IMG/VR virus record: IMGVR_UViG_3300002920_000061
Location: 8,496 to 72,495 of that record
Source of the DNA: a virus
DNA: 64,000 bases
Direction: 5' to 3' (one strand)
Shown piece by piece: positions 8,794-16,971 of the stretch; the first letter of the stretch is position 1; each line of letters begins with the position of its first letter. Position numbers and translations under genes: made by a program. The notes beneath the pieces are model-generated. The model made no database searches. It had not been told where the DNA came from and worked only from the letters and a program-made list of their open reading frames with translations.

Positions 8794-10929
8794 TTATGCA
8801 GTCTGTTGTACTTGGCTAATATCAATAGTTATTGGGATGAAGAATATTGTAGTAGCAAGCTTGATCTCAACTTTAACAGTCATAATTGGACCATTGATAG
8901 TTATGTCTTCATTTTTATAACCAAGAGGAGCATCATCGCTAGAAGCAATAAGTTTCATTCTTCGGTAAATATCCATCTTCTGGGCCAAGAAAGCTAAACC
9001 ATCAGCACGTGTAACATCAGCCAAAGACTTACCAACAAAAGCAGTTTGGTAGCTTTCAGCAAGATCAAGAGCAAGAACGTCAGCAGCATACACAGCTTGT
9101 AGGCTGTTGTAAACAAAGTTTGAATCAATTCCGTATGTAGACTGATCGCTTACCCATTTTACTCCTGCGGTAGAAGATTGTAACAACAGAAGACCAGCAA
9201 GAAGAGCTTGCTCTACATCGCCCGGTGAACCGCTATCAAATCCAGATGGGTCCCGATAGCTGATTACGTTAGCAAGTTTGTTGGTGAATGATTTATAAAA
9301 TCCAGCAGCTTGCATTCCAGCAGCAATACAAGCTGAGTACCAAGGGGCAAAAGTCTTAACCTCGCCCTTAGAATTTACTTGGTCAACATCTTGGAAAGTG
9401 AGGTAGCATCGATAGTGTGCTAACGCAGCAGCTTTTGCTTCAGCGTCAGAATAATTACCTTTATATGATAACATAGCAACTCGATGACGCTTAAGTTTTG
9501 CGGTGCTCATCTTAAGAACGTGGCTTTTAGTGGCAGCGTGAATAGCGTCAATTGTATAAGTAGATAAAGACTCAGTCAAGCCATCAGTAATATCGTCAGA
9601 AGCATTTCGACTGAAAAGAGGTACTACAAAGTTAACAGCAATACCCTCAAGTTTTGTGAGAGCATCAACTATGTCAGCAACCGAAGTAGAACCTTTAGTA
9701 CCACCATTTAAGAAAACAGCAGTAGTCATTGGAGTAGGAAGACCGTCTACATCTGTAGGTGTGAACTCTACAGCAGAGCTTGTTGCAATAGCATCTTTGA
9801 AATTTTTTAAAGATTTTTTAATACGTCCCGGCTTTAAAGAAGCACCAGAAGCGCAGATTCCGATGTTTGTCACCTTATCAAGGTCACGAGGAGACATTTG
9901 AGCACCAAATGTTGTAGCAGAAGCAGAGTATCCGGGTTGTGCTGAGATGTAAGATGCAAGGTCATTCACTGTTGTAAACTGGGTAAGATCGATAGAAAGG
10001 TTAGATCCTGCACCGCCTGTTACAGTAGTAGTAAGTGTATTGCCAGAGATAGAAAGAGTAGCGGTAGTTCCTGCATATCCAATCTCTAGAGCAATCTGAC
10101 CTTTTGCTTCTAATGTCTCGTTTAGGCCAATGTCAGAACGGATAACTGAAACCTCAATTTCTGATTCAGCAGCAGACTTGTAGAGTCCAGCAGTCAAAGA
10201 AAGTGCTGCACTGGTAGAAGATAGGATTTCAAGAGTTTTACCCCAACCTTTTCTATAATTTGAAGGGTCAGGATTTACGGTCAATACGAATGTGTTAGCA
10301 ACAGTGCCAACAGACGCAGAGATGCCAGTAGGCAAAAGAGAGTTAAGCTCAGTGACAAGACCATTAATGTCTGAATGGCTTGTAGCTGTACTGCCAAGAT
10401 TTATAGTGGTGACTGGACCGCCATTCAATCTAAATTCTAATACCGCATTGTTAAGAGCAGTACCAAAAGCAGGTACAACTCCTGATGTAACAGAAGGAGC
10501 GACTTCTAACTGGGTTGCTATCACTTGGTACTTTATCTTGTTCCCATCTTTGCCAAAGTTTTTAGATTTTAAAATTCCGTAGTCTGTATCTACGATTGCT
10601 TGAGCCTTGGTTCCAGCATTGGTCTTAAGGATGTAAACCCTATTAACAGAACCAGTGATATCTGCATCCGCAGAAGGTGCGCTTAATGCACGAAAAGCCT
10701 CAACAATAGGGCCAGCAATGTATTTTTGCTGAACCTGAGAAACCTGATCTGGAGTAAAAAAGTTGTTTTTCAAACTTTCGTTTGCAAAACTTTCTCCACC
10801 ATCAGCCTCACCGATGATTGCAATAACACCAGTGGCCCCAATTCCTACTGGAGTTGATCGAACGTTTTGTTCAAAATAAGCTCCGGGGATAACTGTATTG
10901 ATAAATGATGTAGTAAGTCTGATTGCCAT
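8794..10929 (-). CDS. Tail sheath protein
   Basis: 711 aa; IPGAYFEQ..IAIIGEADGG N-terminus; sheath C-domain AGMQAAG..SFTNK..VKWVSDQST..YNSLQ..FIPITIDI. Confidence 0.9.
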   Translation of the reverse strand: MAIRLTTSFINTVIPGAYFEQNVRSTPVGIGATGVIAIIGEADGGESFANESLKNNFFTPDQVSQVQQKYIAGPIVEAFRALSAPSADADITGSVNRVYILKTNAGTKAQAIVDTDYGILKSKNFGKDGNKIKYQVIATQLEVAPSVTSGVVPAFGTALNNAVLEFRLNGGPVTTINLGSTATSHSDINGLVTELNSLLPTGISASVGTVANTFVLTVNPDPSNYRKGWGKTLEILSSTSAALSLTAGLYKSAAESEIEVSVIRSDIGLNETLEAKGQIALEIGYAGTTATLSISGNTLTTTVTGGAGSNLSIDLTQFTTVNDLASYISAQPGYSASATTFGAQMSPRDLDKVTNIGICASGASLKPGRIKKSLKNFKDAIATSSAVEFTPTDVDGLPTPMTTAVFLNGGTKGSTSVADIVDALTKLEGIAVNFVVPLFSRNASDDITDGLTESLSTYTIDAIHAATKSHVLKMSTAKLKRHRVAMLSYKGNYSDAEAKAAALAHYRCYLTFQDVDQVNSKGEVKTFAPWYSACIAAGMQAAGFYKSFTNKLANVISYRDPSGFDSGSPGDVEQALLAGLLLLQSSTAGVKWVSDQSTYGIDSNFVYNSLQAVYAADVLALDLAESYQTAFVGKSLADVTRADGLAFLAQKMDIYRRMKLIASSDDAPLGYKNEDITINGPIMTVKVEIKLATTIFFIPITIDISQVQQTA

Positions 10930-10942
10930 TTTAGTCTCCTAC

Positions 10943-11245
10943 CTACTTCTTAAGTCCAAAATGTTCTAAACCCTTTTCAAAAAGCTCAGGCTTATCATGC
11001 CCAGATGCCTTTAGATGGGCCCAGATAATGTCCTCAAGGTCTTTTGTTTTTTTATAATCTTTCTTAGCAAGTGCCCAGAAAGCAGCAAAAGCTGCTCTAG
11101 CATCCTGCTGAGAATCCGCAGGTGCTTCAAAATTTGACTGACGAGCCGCTAAAAACTCTGTGTGTTCTTTTTCTAGAGCTTCTCTCACAATCTCCTCTGT
11201 CGTTTTTTTATAAGGGTTTCTCTTTCTTCCCATCTTATTTCTCAT
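10943..11245 (-). CDS. Hypothetical protein (tail/neck module)
   Basis: Coupled between flanking genes in the late operon. Confidence 0.6.
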   Translation of the reverse strand: MRNKMGRKRNPYKKTTEEIVREALEKEHTEFLAARQSNFEAPADSQQDARAAFAAFWALAKKDYKKTKDLEDIIWAHLKASGHDKPELFEKGLEHFGLKK

Positions 11246-11537
11246 TCTTCTTTGCCAGTTTTTTAGCGTGGCATTTTTCTAAAAACTTTTTCAACTGTAA
11301 TGGTTTTTTAGCAATGGCCTTTGGCTGTCCTTCTGTACCTTTAGGCTGCGGAACTTTAATTTCTGCCATCTGAGCTGTGGTTTGATTTCTTGGATCGGCC
11401 TTATCCATCTTATTTTCTTTAACAGCCTCTTTTGTGGACATTTCGGCCTTTTGAAGGTGGTGCTCAGCTAATTCCTTAGCTCGAGCAAGGATGCCTTCTG
11501 CGACCTCTTTTGCTGTGTATTCTTTTTTTCGTTCCAC
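11235..11537 (-). CDS. Small charged protein, candidate internal head protein
   Basis: GTG start with AAGGAG RBS; LQKAE motif and C-terminal KPLQLKKFLEK. Confidence 0.6.
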   Translation of the reverse strand: MERKKEYTAKEVAEGILARAKELAEHHLQKAEMSTKEAVKENKMDKADPRNQTTAQMAEIKVPQPKGTEGQPKAIAKKPLQLKKFLEKCHAKKLAKKNEK

Positions 11538-11554
11538 CTTCGCGCTCCTTACAT

Positions 11555-11564
11555 CAAAGATTGA
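11555..11564 (-). promoter_or_regulatory. Late motif TCAATCTTTG
   Basis: 6 nt upstream of the AAGGAG RBS of 11537; probably drives the sheath/tube genes. Confidence 0.55.
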
Positions 11565-11604
11565 TGCCCTATTTGGAGGGCAATAATTTCAATAATTTAC
11601 AATA

Positions 11605-12000
11605 CTATTTTAGTTGTTTTTTTACCTTTTCTTTTTTCTTCAAAGACAAAGTTTCAATAAACATTTTTAGCTTATCAATCCCTTTTTGTCCCATCTTATT
11701 ATCGTATCCTACTTTCTTCATAGAGGGGACTTTAGGGGTCATGCCTAGCTTTGCTTCAGCTTGGGCTTGTTTCTGCTGATGAATTTCTGCTGGAGAGATA
11801 TCCTTATGAAGAACACTTTCTTTTGGCGCTGGTACTTCGCTAGGCGGGGTATTAACTATCATATTGGAGTCATTAATATCCAATGCTATATCATTTGCGG
11901 CCTGTGCTATGCCCTGCTTAGAACCCAAAGCCTTTTTAAAAGCTTTATATAGTGACTTTTTCAAATTCTCATAAGCCATACAGTAAAGATTACCTGCCAT
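11605..12000 (-). CDS. Small basic protein, candidate internal head protein
   Basis: Start either 12000 (TAATG coupling) or 11979 (6 nt after the late motif at 11984-11993); C-terminal IDKLKMFIE. Confidence 0.55.
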   Translation of the reverse strand: MAGNLYCMAYENLKKSLYKAFKKALGSKQGIAQAANDIALDINDSNMIVNTPPSEVPAPKESVLHKDISPAEIHQQKQAQAEAKLGMTPKVPSMKKVGYDNKMGQKGIDKLKMFIETLSLKKKEKVKKQLK

Positions 12001-13007
12001 TAGGTGTTATTCTTCTTATTTCCATCGGTTGTCGTCCATATATCGTTCTCAGTATCCAATGAATCAGGGCTGTCTAGATTAGAATAAATCTTGATCCCTG
12101 AACGAAATCCGCTTTCAGTTTCCTCATCAATTTCAATTGCTTCAATGGTTCTGTAAGGAGTTTTCAGCCAACTATGCTCTACTTGGCCTGTCAGGGTGAT
12201 GTACCTGCTAAACACATTTTCTCCTCCCGGACCATCAAAATTAGGATTCTGTATAAGGTCACTACTACTTACAGAACTTTGCATGAATTGTCTTCCTTCT
12301 AGGAGACTTTCACGATACCTTAAAATTGTATAAAGTACAATCGCGTGCAGCCAAAGCAGGGGCGCTGGATCCCCATGTACATGACAGCCAATAGAATAGG
12401 TTTCTTGAAAAAAGGAATGTTCTCGTCTCGCCTTATAAATTTGATATTTAGGGACTATACCAGCACGAGTAAGGGTAAGGTCAAGGTCTTGTTCAAGACG
12501 GACACCTTCAGTAGTTACTTCTTGGATAATGTACCCGTTGCCAGTGTCTGGATCCACAAGGATTTGACCAGCACGCACACCTCTTTTTTTTATAGTACTA
12601 GGCATAGTAAGTATGCCAGTTGTTGGATCATACGATACAGGAACGAATGGTTTTATAATATAAGGTATTGGCTTACCTATTTGGTTTGGCATCAAAGTTT
12701 CTACTTCAGTAGAAAGATCCCCAAGGTGCTTCATGTCCTCTTTTTCTGAGGATGAACCCAAGGCTATAGTTACACAAGGAAAATGGTCCTTGTCGTTTCT
12801 AAATCTTAAATTTACCTCAATCTTGTTGTTGACAAACCAGTCTTTGGCTGCATCTATTTCTTTTTGGCCATACTTGTTTTTTAATGCAGGTTCTGTTCTG
12901 AAGCTTGCAAAGACATCATCAAGAAGCCATAGGTTTTTTCTCATATCCTCTAAACCTTGGCGGATGGCTTCAGCGATTATGACATCACCAGCAAATATCA
13001 TGAACAA
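12000..13007 (-). CDS. Putative tail completion/terminator protein
   Basis: FPCVTIALGSSSE..FQETYSIGCHVH..VFSRYITLTG pattern of tail-terminator-fold proteins; typical position between neck and sheath; late motif at 13020-13029. Confidence 0.55.
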   Translation of the reverse strand: MFMIFAGDVIIAEAIRQGLEDMRKNLWLLDDVFASFRTEPALKNKYGQKEIDAAKDWFVNNKIEVNLRFRNDKDHFPCVTIALGSSSEKEDMKHLGDLSTEVETLMPNQIGKPIPYIIKPFVPVSYDPTTGILTMPSTIKKRGVRAGQILVDPDTGNGYIIQEVTTEGVRLEQDLDLTLTRAGIVPKYQIYKARREHSFFQETYSIGCHVHGDPAPLLWLHAIVLYTILRYRESLLEGRQFMQSSVSSSDLIQNPNFDGPGGENVFSRYITLTGQVEHSWLKTPYRTIEAIEIDEETESGFRSGIKIYSNLDSPDSLDTENDIWTTTDGNKKNNT

Positions 13008-13034
13008 CTCCTATATTTTTTAAGATTGTTGCGT

Positions 13035-13793
13035 TTATTTTGAATATTTATCCAAGATAGAGGGCAATATTTCATCGTTAAATATCTTTTCTGCCCACTC
13101 TAAAGCTTCATCCATAAACTTTTTTGGCTCTATTCCCGGGTGAATCCATTTTGATCCTTTCATCTTACTACTTACTGTTCTAAATGTCAGGATGTCACGG
13201 CGAATTTTACCAGAGGGCAGTCTTCTTTGATAGATAGTTAAACTATCCAAAGCACCGTGGGATGCTCTTGCACTTGGTTTGGGAGAGTTTATGTCTCTTA
13301 TAGTGTGCAAACGCCCAAGGCGGGGGCTGCCATCAGCATTATATTCAATTTTCTTGTAGGGAATTTTTCTTGCTTTTAGTTCGGCTTTTATCTGGTTAAC
13401 TAACATTAAAGCATTAGCTGAAGTTTGACTTGGCGATTTTCCATGTTCAAATGGTATTGCTTTATACCTAGAGCCATCCTTGGCTATTTTCGCATTCTTT
13501 CGAAGTAGATCCTCAGTCATGTCTCCAGCTTTTCTTCCTTCTTCTAGCCAGAGTGCTGGTTGGTCGAGGCTAACAACCCATATCCCTTGCCCAACCTCTT
13601 GAAATGAAAGATTGTCTAGATATAACTGCCTAGTAGATCGTAGTTTAGATGATGCTAGCTCTTGAGTTTTTGCATAGGTCATAGAAGCTACCTGTTTAAC
13701 CCCTAGGGTTATAGCTTCCTCGACCTGCTTCTTAAGCTCTCCAAACTCTTTAGCAAGAGCTTCGGCGTCTATAAAAAACTTAAGATTGATCAT
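13035..13793 (-). CDS. HK97 gp10-like neck/virion morphogenesis protein
   Basis: N-terminal helices, LWLEEG, C-terminal WIHPGIEPKKFMDEAL. Confidence 0.6.
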   Translation of the reverse strand: MINLKFFIDAEALAKEFGELKKQVEEAITLGVKQVASMTYAKTQELASSKLRSTRQLYLDNLSFQEVGQGIWVVSLDQPALWLEEGRKAGDMTEDLLRKNAKIAKDGSRYKAIPFEHGKSPSQTSANALMLVNQIKAELKARKIPYKKIEYNADGSPRLGRLHTIRDINSPKPSARASHGALDSLTIYQRRLPSGKIRRDILTFRTVSSKMKGSKWIHPGIEPKKFMDEALEWAEKIFNDEILPSILDKYSK

Positions 13794-13810
13794 AAGTGAC
13801 TCTTTTAGCT

Positions 13811-14026
13811 TCAGAAGCGATCATGTGTCGCGTCCCCGCTATTATCCAGTGCCAGCCCTATCTTTGCATCTATGTATTTTATTCTTCCAGTTTGGCGATC
13901 TATAATTTTCATTCTTCCATCAGACGTAACTGCGCCAACAGGAAGAGGTTGTTTTGCGACGTGTTTTGTGGTTTGTTTGGCTGGTAGGCGTCGCAGATTT
14001 ATCCCTATCAGCCTTTCTGCTTTGGG
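13811..14026 (-). CDS. -1 frame extension of the mCpol-like gene (69 new aa after LPK)
   Basis: Open -1 frame from CCC AAA at 14026 to TGA at 13813-13811: AERLIGINLRRLPAKQTTKHVAKQPLPVGAVTSDGRMKIIDRQTGRIKYIDAKIGLALDNSGDATHDRF. Only an internal ATG; fills the 214-bp gap to the next gene. Confidence 0.7.
   Translation of the reverse strand, partial: PKAERLIGINLRRLPAKQTTKHVAKQPLPVGAVTSDGRMKIIDRQTGRIKYIDAKIGLALDNSGDATHDRF
13955..14026 (-). other. Candidate -1 programmed ribosomal frameshift signal (slippery heptamer plus H-type pseudoknot)
   Basis: C CCA AAG (14026-14020), 6-nt spacer, S1 GGCUGAUAGG/CCUACCAGCC (9/10 pairs), S2 UGCGACG/CGUCGCA (7/7), 17-nt A/C-only loop 3. Confidence 0.8.
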
Positions 14027-15069
14027 AGAATCTCCTGCTCCTTACCCTTATGATGCTCAGAGTCGTTCCCAGAAGGCACATAAATTACTTCTTTCTCCTC
14101 TTCCTCAGAAGAGACCCCTTCAGGGCTAATCATTTTAGCCAGCTCAATCATGTTGTAAAGCAGACCAAGAATAGCGGCATAAAGCTCAGGCTTTGTTTCT
14201 TTAATCTGGTCCATTAAATCCTTATTTTGTTTAAACGCATCTAAGTTTGCAGCAATCCTTTGTAGAATTTCCTCGTTCCCATCAGTATCAGCTAGATCAG
14301 CATCCAAGCTGTCTTCTTCTGTGGCCATCTCTGGGTCTACTTTCTCTGTATTTTGGTCCTCTAGATTTTCATCTAGAGCTTCTTCGCCTTCAAGGGCAAT
14401 AGAGGGTTCTTGTTCAAATTCAGAAGGTTTTTCCTGTTGTTGTTCTTTATCATCTTCTTCTTGTTCTTCTTCTAACATTTCTTCATATGGCATATGATCT
14501 TCTGAAATGAAATCTTCAGGCTTCTGAATCATATCCTCTAGTGAAGTCTCATGAGCTTTAGGGTGTTCACTAGACATATCTTGATTTTCATGGTTTTGTT
14601 CATAAGACATGGTGGCCTCAATATAATGCTCATCCATTTTCTTTTGCTCTTCATCAGCAGACCCATCATGCACTTCTTGGTGAGTTCGATTAATAATGTC
14701 CTCCACAGAATGATCGTATCGAACAACTCGGTCTTTTCCTGTAATTTTTGCTACAATCAAAGCTTTTCCAGCTTGGCTTAAACTGTCTCCTAGACCAATA
14801 GAGATTGTATTATTGGTTAATTGAAGATATTTAGCTCTCAAATCTTCAATTTGATCTATAAAAGATTCATCAATCTCCCCAACTATCTCGTCCCCCTCGT
14901 TATTAAAAACCTTTCCAGCAGAATTTTCAATCCATTGGGAGATTAAATTATTTCCATCTCTTATGCGTTTTGACTGAGCGATAAAACCTTCCAAGTCATT
15001 TTGGAGGACTTTTTGTCCAGCCATTGAACCGATATTATCTCCATCTGCAAAAATATAAACTTTACCCAT
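14008..15069 (-). CDS. mCpol-like (minimal CRISPR polymerase, Cas10/GGDEF palm) domain protein with a long acidic tail
   Basis: VYIFADGDNIG..L.ND..NEGDEIV..TISIGLGDSLSQAGKALIVAKITGKD over residues ~1-120, then an Asp/Glu-rich linker and a C-terminal helix. Confidence 0.75.
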   Translation of the reverse strand: MGKVYIFADGDNIGSMAGQKVLQNDLEGFIAQSKRIRDGNNLISQWIENSAGKVFNNEGDEIVGEIDESFIDQIEDLRAKYLQLTNNTISIGLGDSLSQAGKALIVAKITGKDRVVRYDHSVEDIINRTHQEVHDGSADEEQKKMDEHYIEATMSYEQNHENQDMSSEHPKAHETSLEDMIQKPEDFISEDHMPYEEMLEEEQEEDDKEQQQEKPSEFEQEPSIALEGEEALDENLEDQNTEKVDPEMATEEDSLDADLADTDGNEEILQRIAANLDAFKQNKDLMDQIKETKPELYAAILGLLYNMIELAKMISPEGVSSEEEEKEVIYVPSGNDSEHHKGKEQEILPKQKG

Positions 15070-15086
15070 ATTATAAACCTCAATTT

Positions 15087-16070
15087 TTATTTCTTTTTTC
15101 TGTTCCTTTGTTCTCTAAGAATCTCTAGCAACATTTCGATGTTTTCTTTGTCCCATTGCTTAGAAAAGCTCAGTTGTACAGAGTTTTCACTTTTACGAAT
15201 ATGGATCTTTTTGTTCCTATCAGGGCCAAAACAGAGGCATCCATAAAAGCCTTTATCATCGAAGATCTTATTACCACAATCTGGGCAATTTACGGATTCG
15301 CTTTTTTCAATCTTAATTTCATAAGACTGATTCTTAGCTTTTGCTGCCTTTCTATCTAGAAATTGTTTTAATTTTAAAGGCTTCTTTTCAGAAGAAGCCT
15401 TTTGTTCTATAGAAGGCTTTTGTTCTATAGAAGCCTTTTGTTCTATAGAAGGCTTTTGTTCTTCTTCCTTATCTAAATTTTTCTTTTTTTCTAAAGAACT
15501 CAAACTTTCAAGCAGCATCTGAGAAAGTCTCATTCTTACAAGCTCTTCAATAGCTTGTCTTTCTGACAACTTTTCGTCAACTACTTTGGATACTAAGTCT
15601 CGAAGCCTGAGCTTCTCGTCTATAATATCCTGCACTTTATCGAGATCCAAAAGATCGGAATAAGATTGCTTACCTATGCGGTTAAGATCATTTATGTCGT
15701 ATAACTCGAAAGCCGACATAATGACTAGACCGACCCCGGGTAAGGACCGATATTTAAATGAGCTTACAATTTCGCCCTTTTGTCGGATTTCCCCCGAATA
15801 AACATCGTTTGCAAACTTCGTTACATTCAAAAAGGCTTCTGGCTCTATCGGGATTTTGATTTCCTTTCCTTCGTTCTCCTTCATTTCTCCGAGTTCTTTT
15901 TGAAGAAAACTCAGAATTGTTCTTGGTACAATCTGAAGAGCTGTTTTGATTTCTTCAGGGTCTAAGACTGTATTGGTCTTTTTCTTAAACAGCTCTATCT
16001 TGTTCAGCTCCTCAAAGCCGTCTTCTCCTAAAGTCTTTTTAAGAAAAATAACCGCTTGAGGCTTATACAT
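15087..16070 (-). CDS. Head-module protein with C-terminal Zn-finger
   Basis: CPDC..CLC; KSE motifs; KPLKLKQFLDRK; tandem K(P/A)SIEQ repeats. Confidence 0.6.
   Translation of the reverse strand: MYKPQAVIFLKKTLGEDGFEELNKIELFKKKTNTVLDPEEIKTALQIVPRTILSFLQKELGEMKENEGKEIKIPIEPEAFLNVTKFANDVYSGEIRQKGEIVSSFKYRSLPGVGLVIMSAFELYDINDLNRIGKQSYSDLLDLDKVQDIIDEKLRLRDLVSKVVDEKLSERQAIEELVRMRLSQMLLESLSSLEKKKNLDKEEEQKPSIEQKASIEQKPSIEQKASSEKKPLKLKQFLDRKAAKAKNQSYEIKIEKSESVNCPDCGNKIFDDKGFYGCLCFGPDRNKKIHIRKSENSVQLSFSKQWDKENIEMLLEILREQRNRKKK
15393..15462. repeat. 18-bp tandem repeat, about 4 copies (two 36-bp units)
   Basis: AGAAG(C/G)CTTTTGTTCTAT units encoding KPSIEQ/KASIEQ. Confidence 0.95.
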
Positions 16071-16482
16071 AGGTATGCACCCATTCTATAATATTTTGTA
16101 ATTGCTCTTTAGGCTGGGATTTAAAATCTTTTCCCAAAACCTTCACAGTATTTAAGATTTCAAGCTCTGGCCTAGAATAACTAGGGCGTGCCATGTGTTC
16201 TAAGCATTGTGATATCCAGCCGTTTCTGGAAGCTGCATCATAACTTTTAGGCGATCTTTCAAGGCAATCAGAAATACTTGACAATTTAGAAGCTTCATCG
16301 AGAATGCTTTCTTCTGTCCATTTTGGAGGCCTGTTTTTATGGACCATGCGACTTGTGCATTCTTCAAAAATGCCACGACGTTTAGCTAATTCATAAGTCG
16401 TGTTGCTAAATTTAAACCAATCTGATTTAGTAGAATACTTTTTAGCTTCTTTATAAATCGATTGGTTGGTCCAGATCTTCAT
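16063..16482 (-). pseudogene. Truncated homing-endonuclease remnant
   Basis: Two (K/I)WT..SI..EA.K repeats, then SYSRPELEIL (equivalent to SRQEEQV and SKGEIEL in the intact paralogues) and a stop before the nuclease motif. Confidence 0.6.
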
Positions 16483-16486
16483 TATT

Positions 16487-16939
16487 TTAACCTTGTTTTT
16501 GAGATGTGATGTACGTTTCGTCTTCAACAATAAAAGTTAATAATGTTATAGCTGTTGTTTTGATAAACTGTTTGTCGTTAGTTGCTATATAAGTCCAAGC
16601 GTTTGGAGGGCATGGAATGCCAACGTTTCCATTAGAATCGGTGGCACCAGCAGCAAGAGCTGTCATGGTGGGAGAATCTCCGCAGGTTATAGCACCTAAA
16701 ACTGATGAGTTGTTGTATACTGCTATGATTGAACCCTTCCTCACACTACGAGCAGTCGTAGCATCGGTAGTGTAAGAGTTAGTTGCAGCAAGAAAGATTG
16801 GTTTAAGAAAAGGTCCAATATTAAGGTTTTTAAAACCTCCTGATGCCTCATTGTAAGTAAGGTTATTTATATTTGATGGGTCTGTAATGCCACGCCCATC
16901 CATCTGCCTGATTTTATTGTCTGGTTTTATTACGGCCAT
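16487..16939 (-). CDS. Putative virion protein
   Basis: GGGAG RBS and late motif at 16963-16972; small beta-rich, Thr/Ala-rich. Confidence 0.55.
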   Translation of the reverse strand: MAVIKPDNKIRQMDGRGITDPSNINNLTYNEASGGFKNLNIGPFLKPIFLAATNSYTTDATTARSVRKGSIIAVYNNSSVLGAITCGDSPTMTALAAGATDSNGNVGIPCPPNAWTYIATNDKQFIKTTAITLLTFIVEDETYITSQKQG

Positions 16940-16971
16940 TTTAAGCTCCCACTATTTATTAATAAAGATTG

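Noticed and set aside
13780-13790. AATCTT matches at 13782-13787 and antisense near 22604-22609 as promoters
   Set aside because: One lies inside the first codons of a gene and the other points antisense; likely chance in AT-rich DNA.
13796-14217. ORF-track entries 13796..13987(-), 13872..14129(+) and 13954..14217(+)
   Set aside because: Wrong frame or antisense; the protein-like frame is the -1 extension 14026-13811.
14008-15069. Part of a type III CRISPR-Cas locus or a diguanylate cyclase
   Set aside because: No cas genes or array in the window; only a minimal palm domain with EGDE, and the DGDxIG start and C-terminal motif fit mCpol better than GGDEF.
15393-15462. 18-bp tandem repeat as a CRISPR-like array
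   Set aside because: No spacers; in-frame coding repeat (K[PA]SIEQ).
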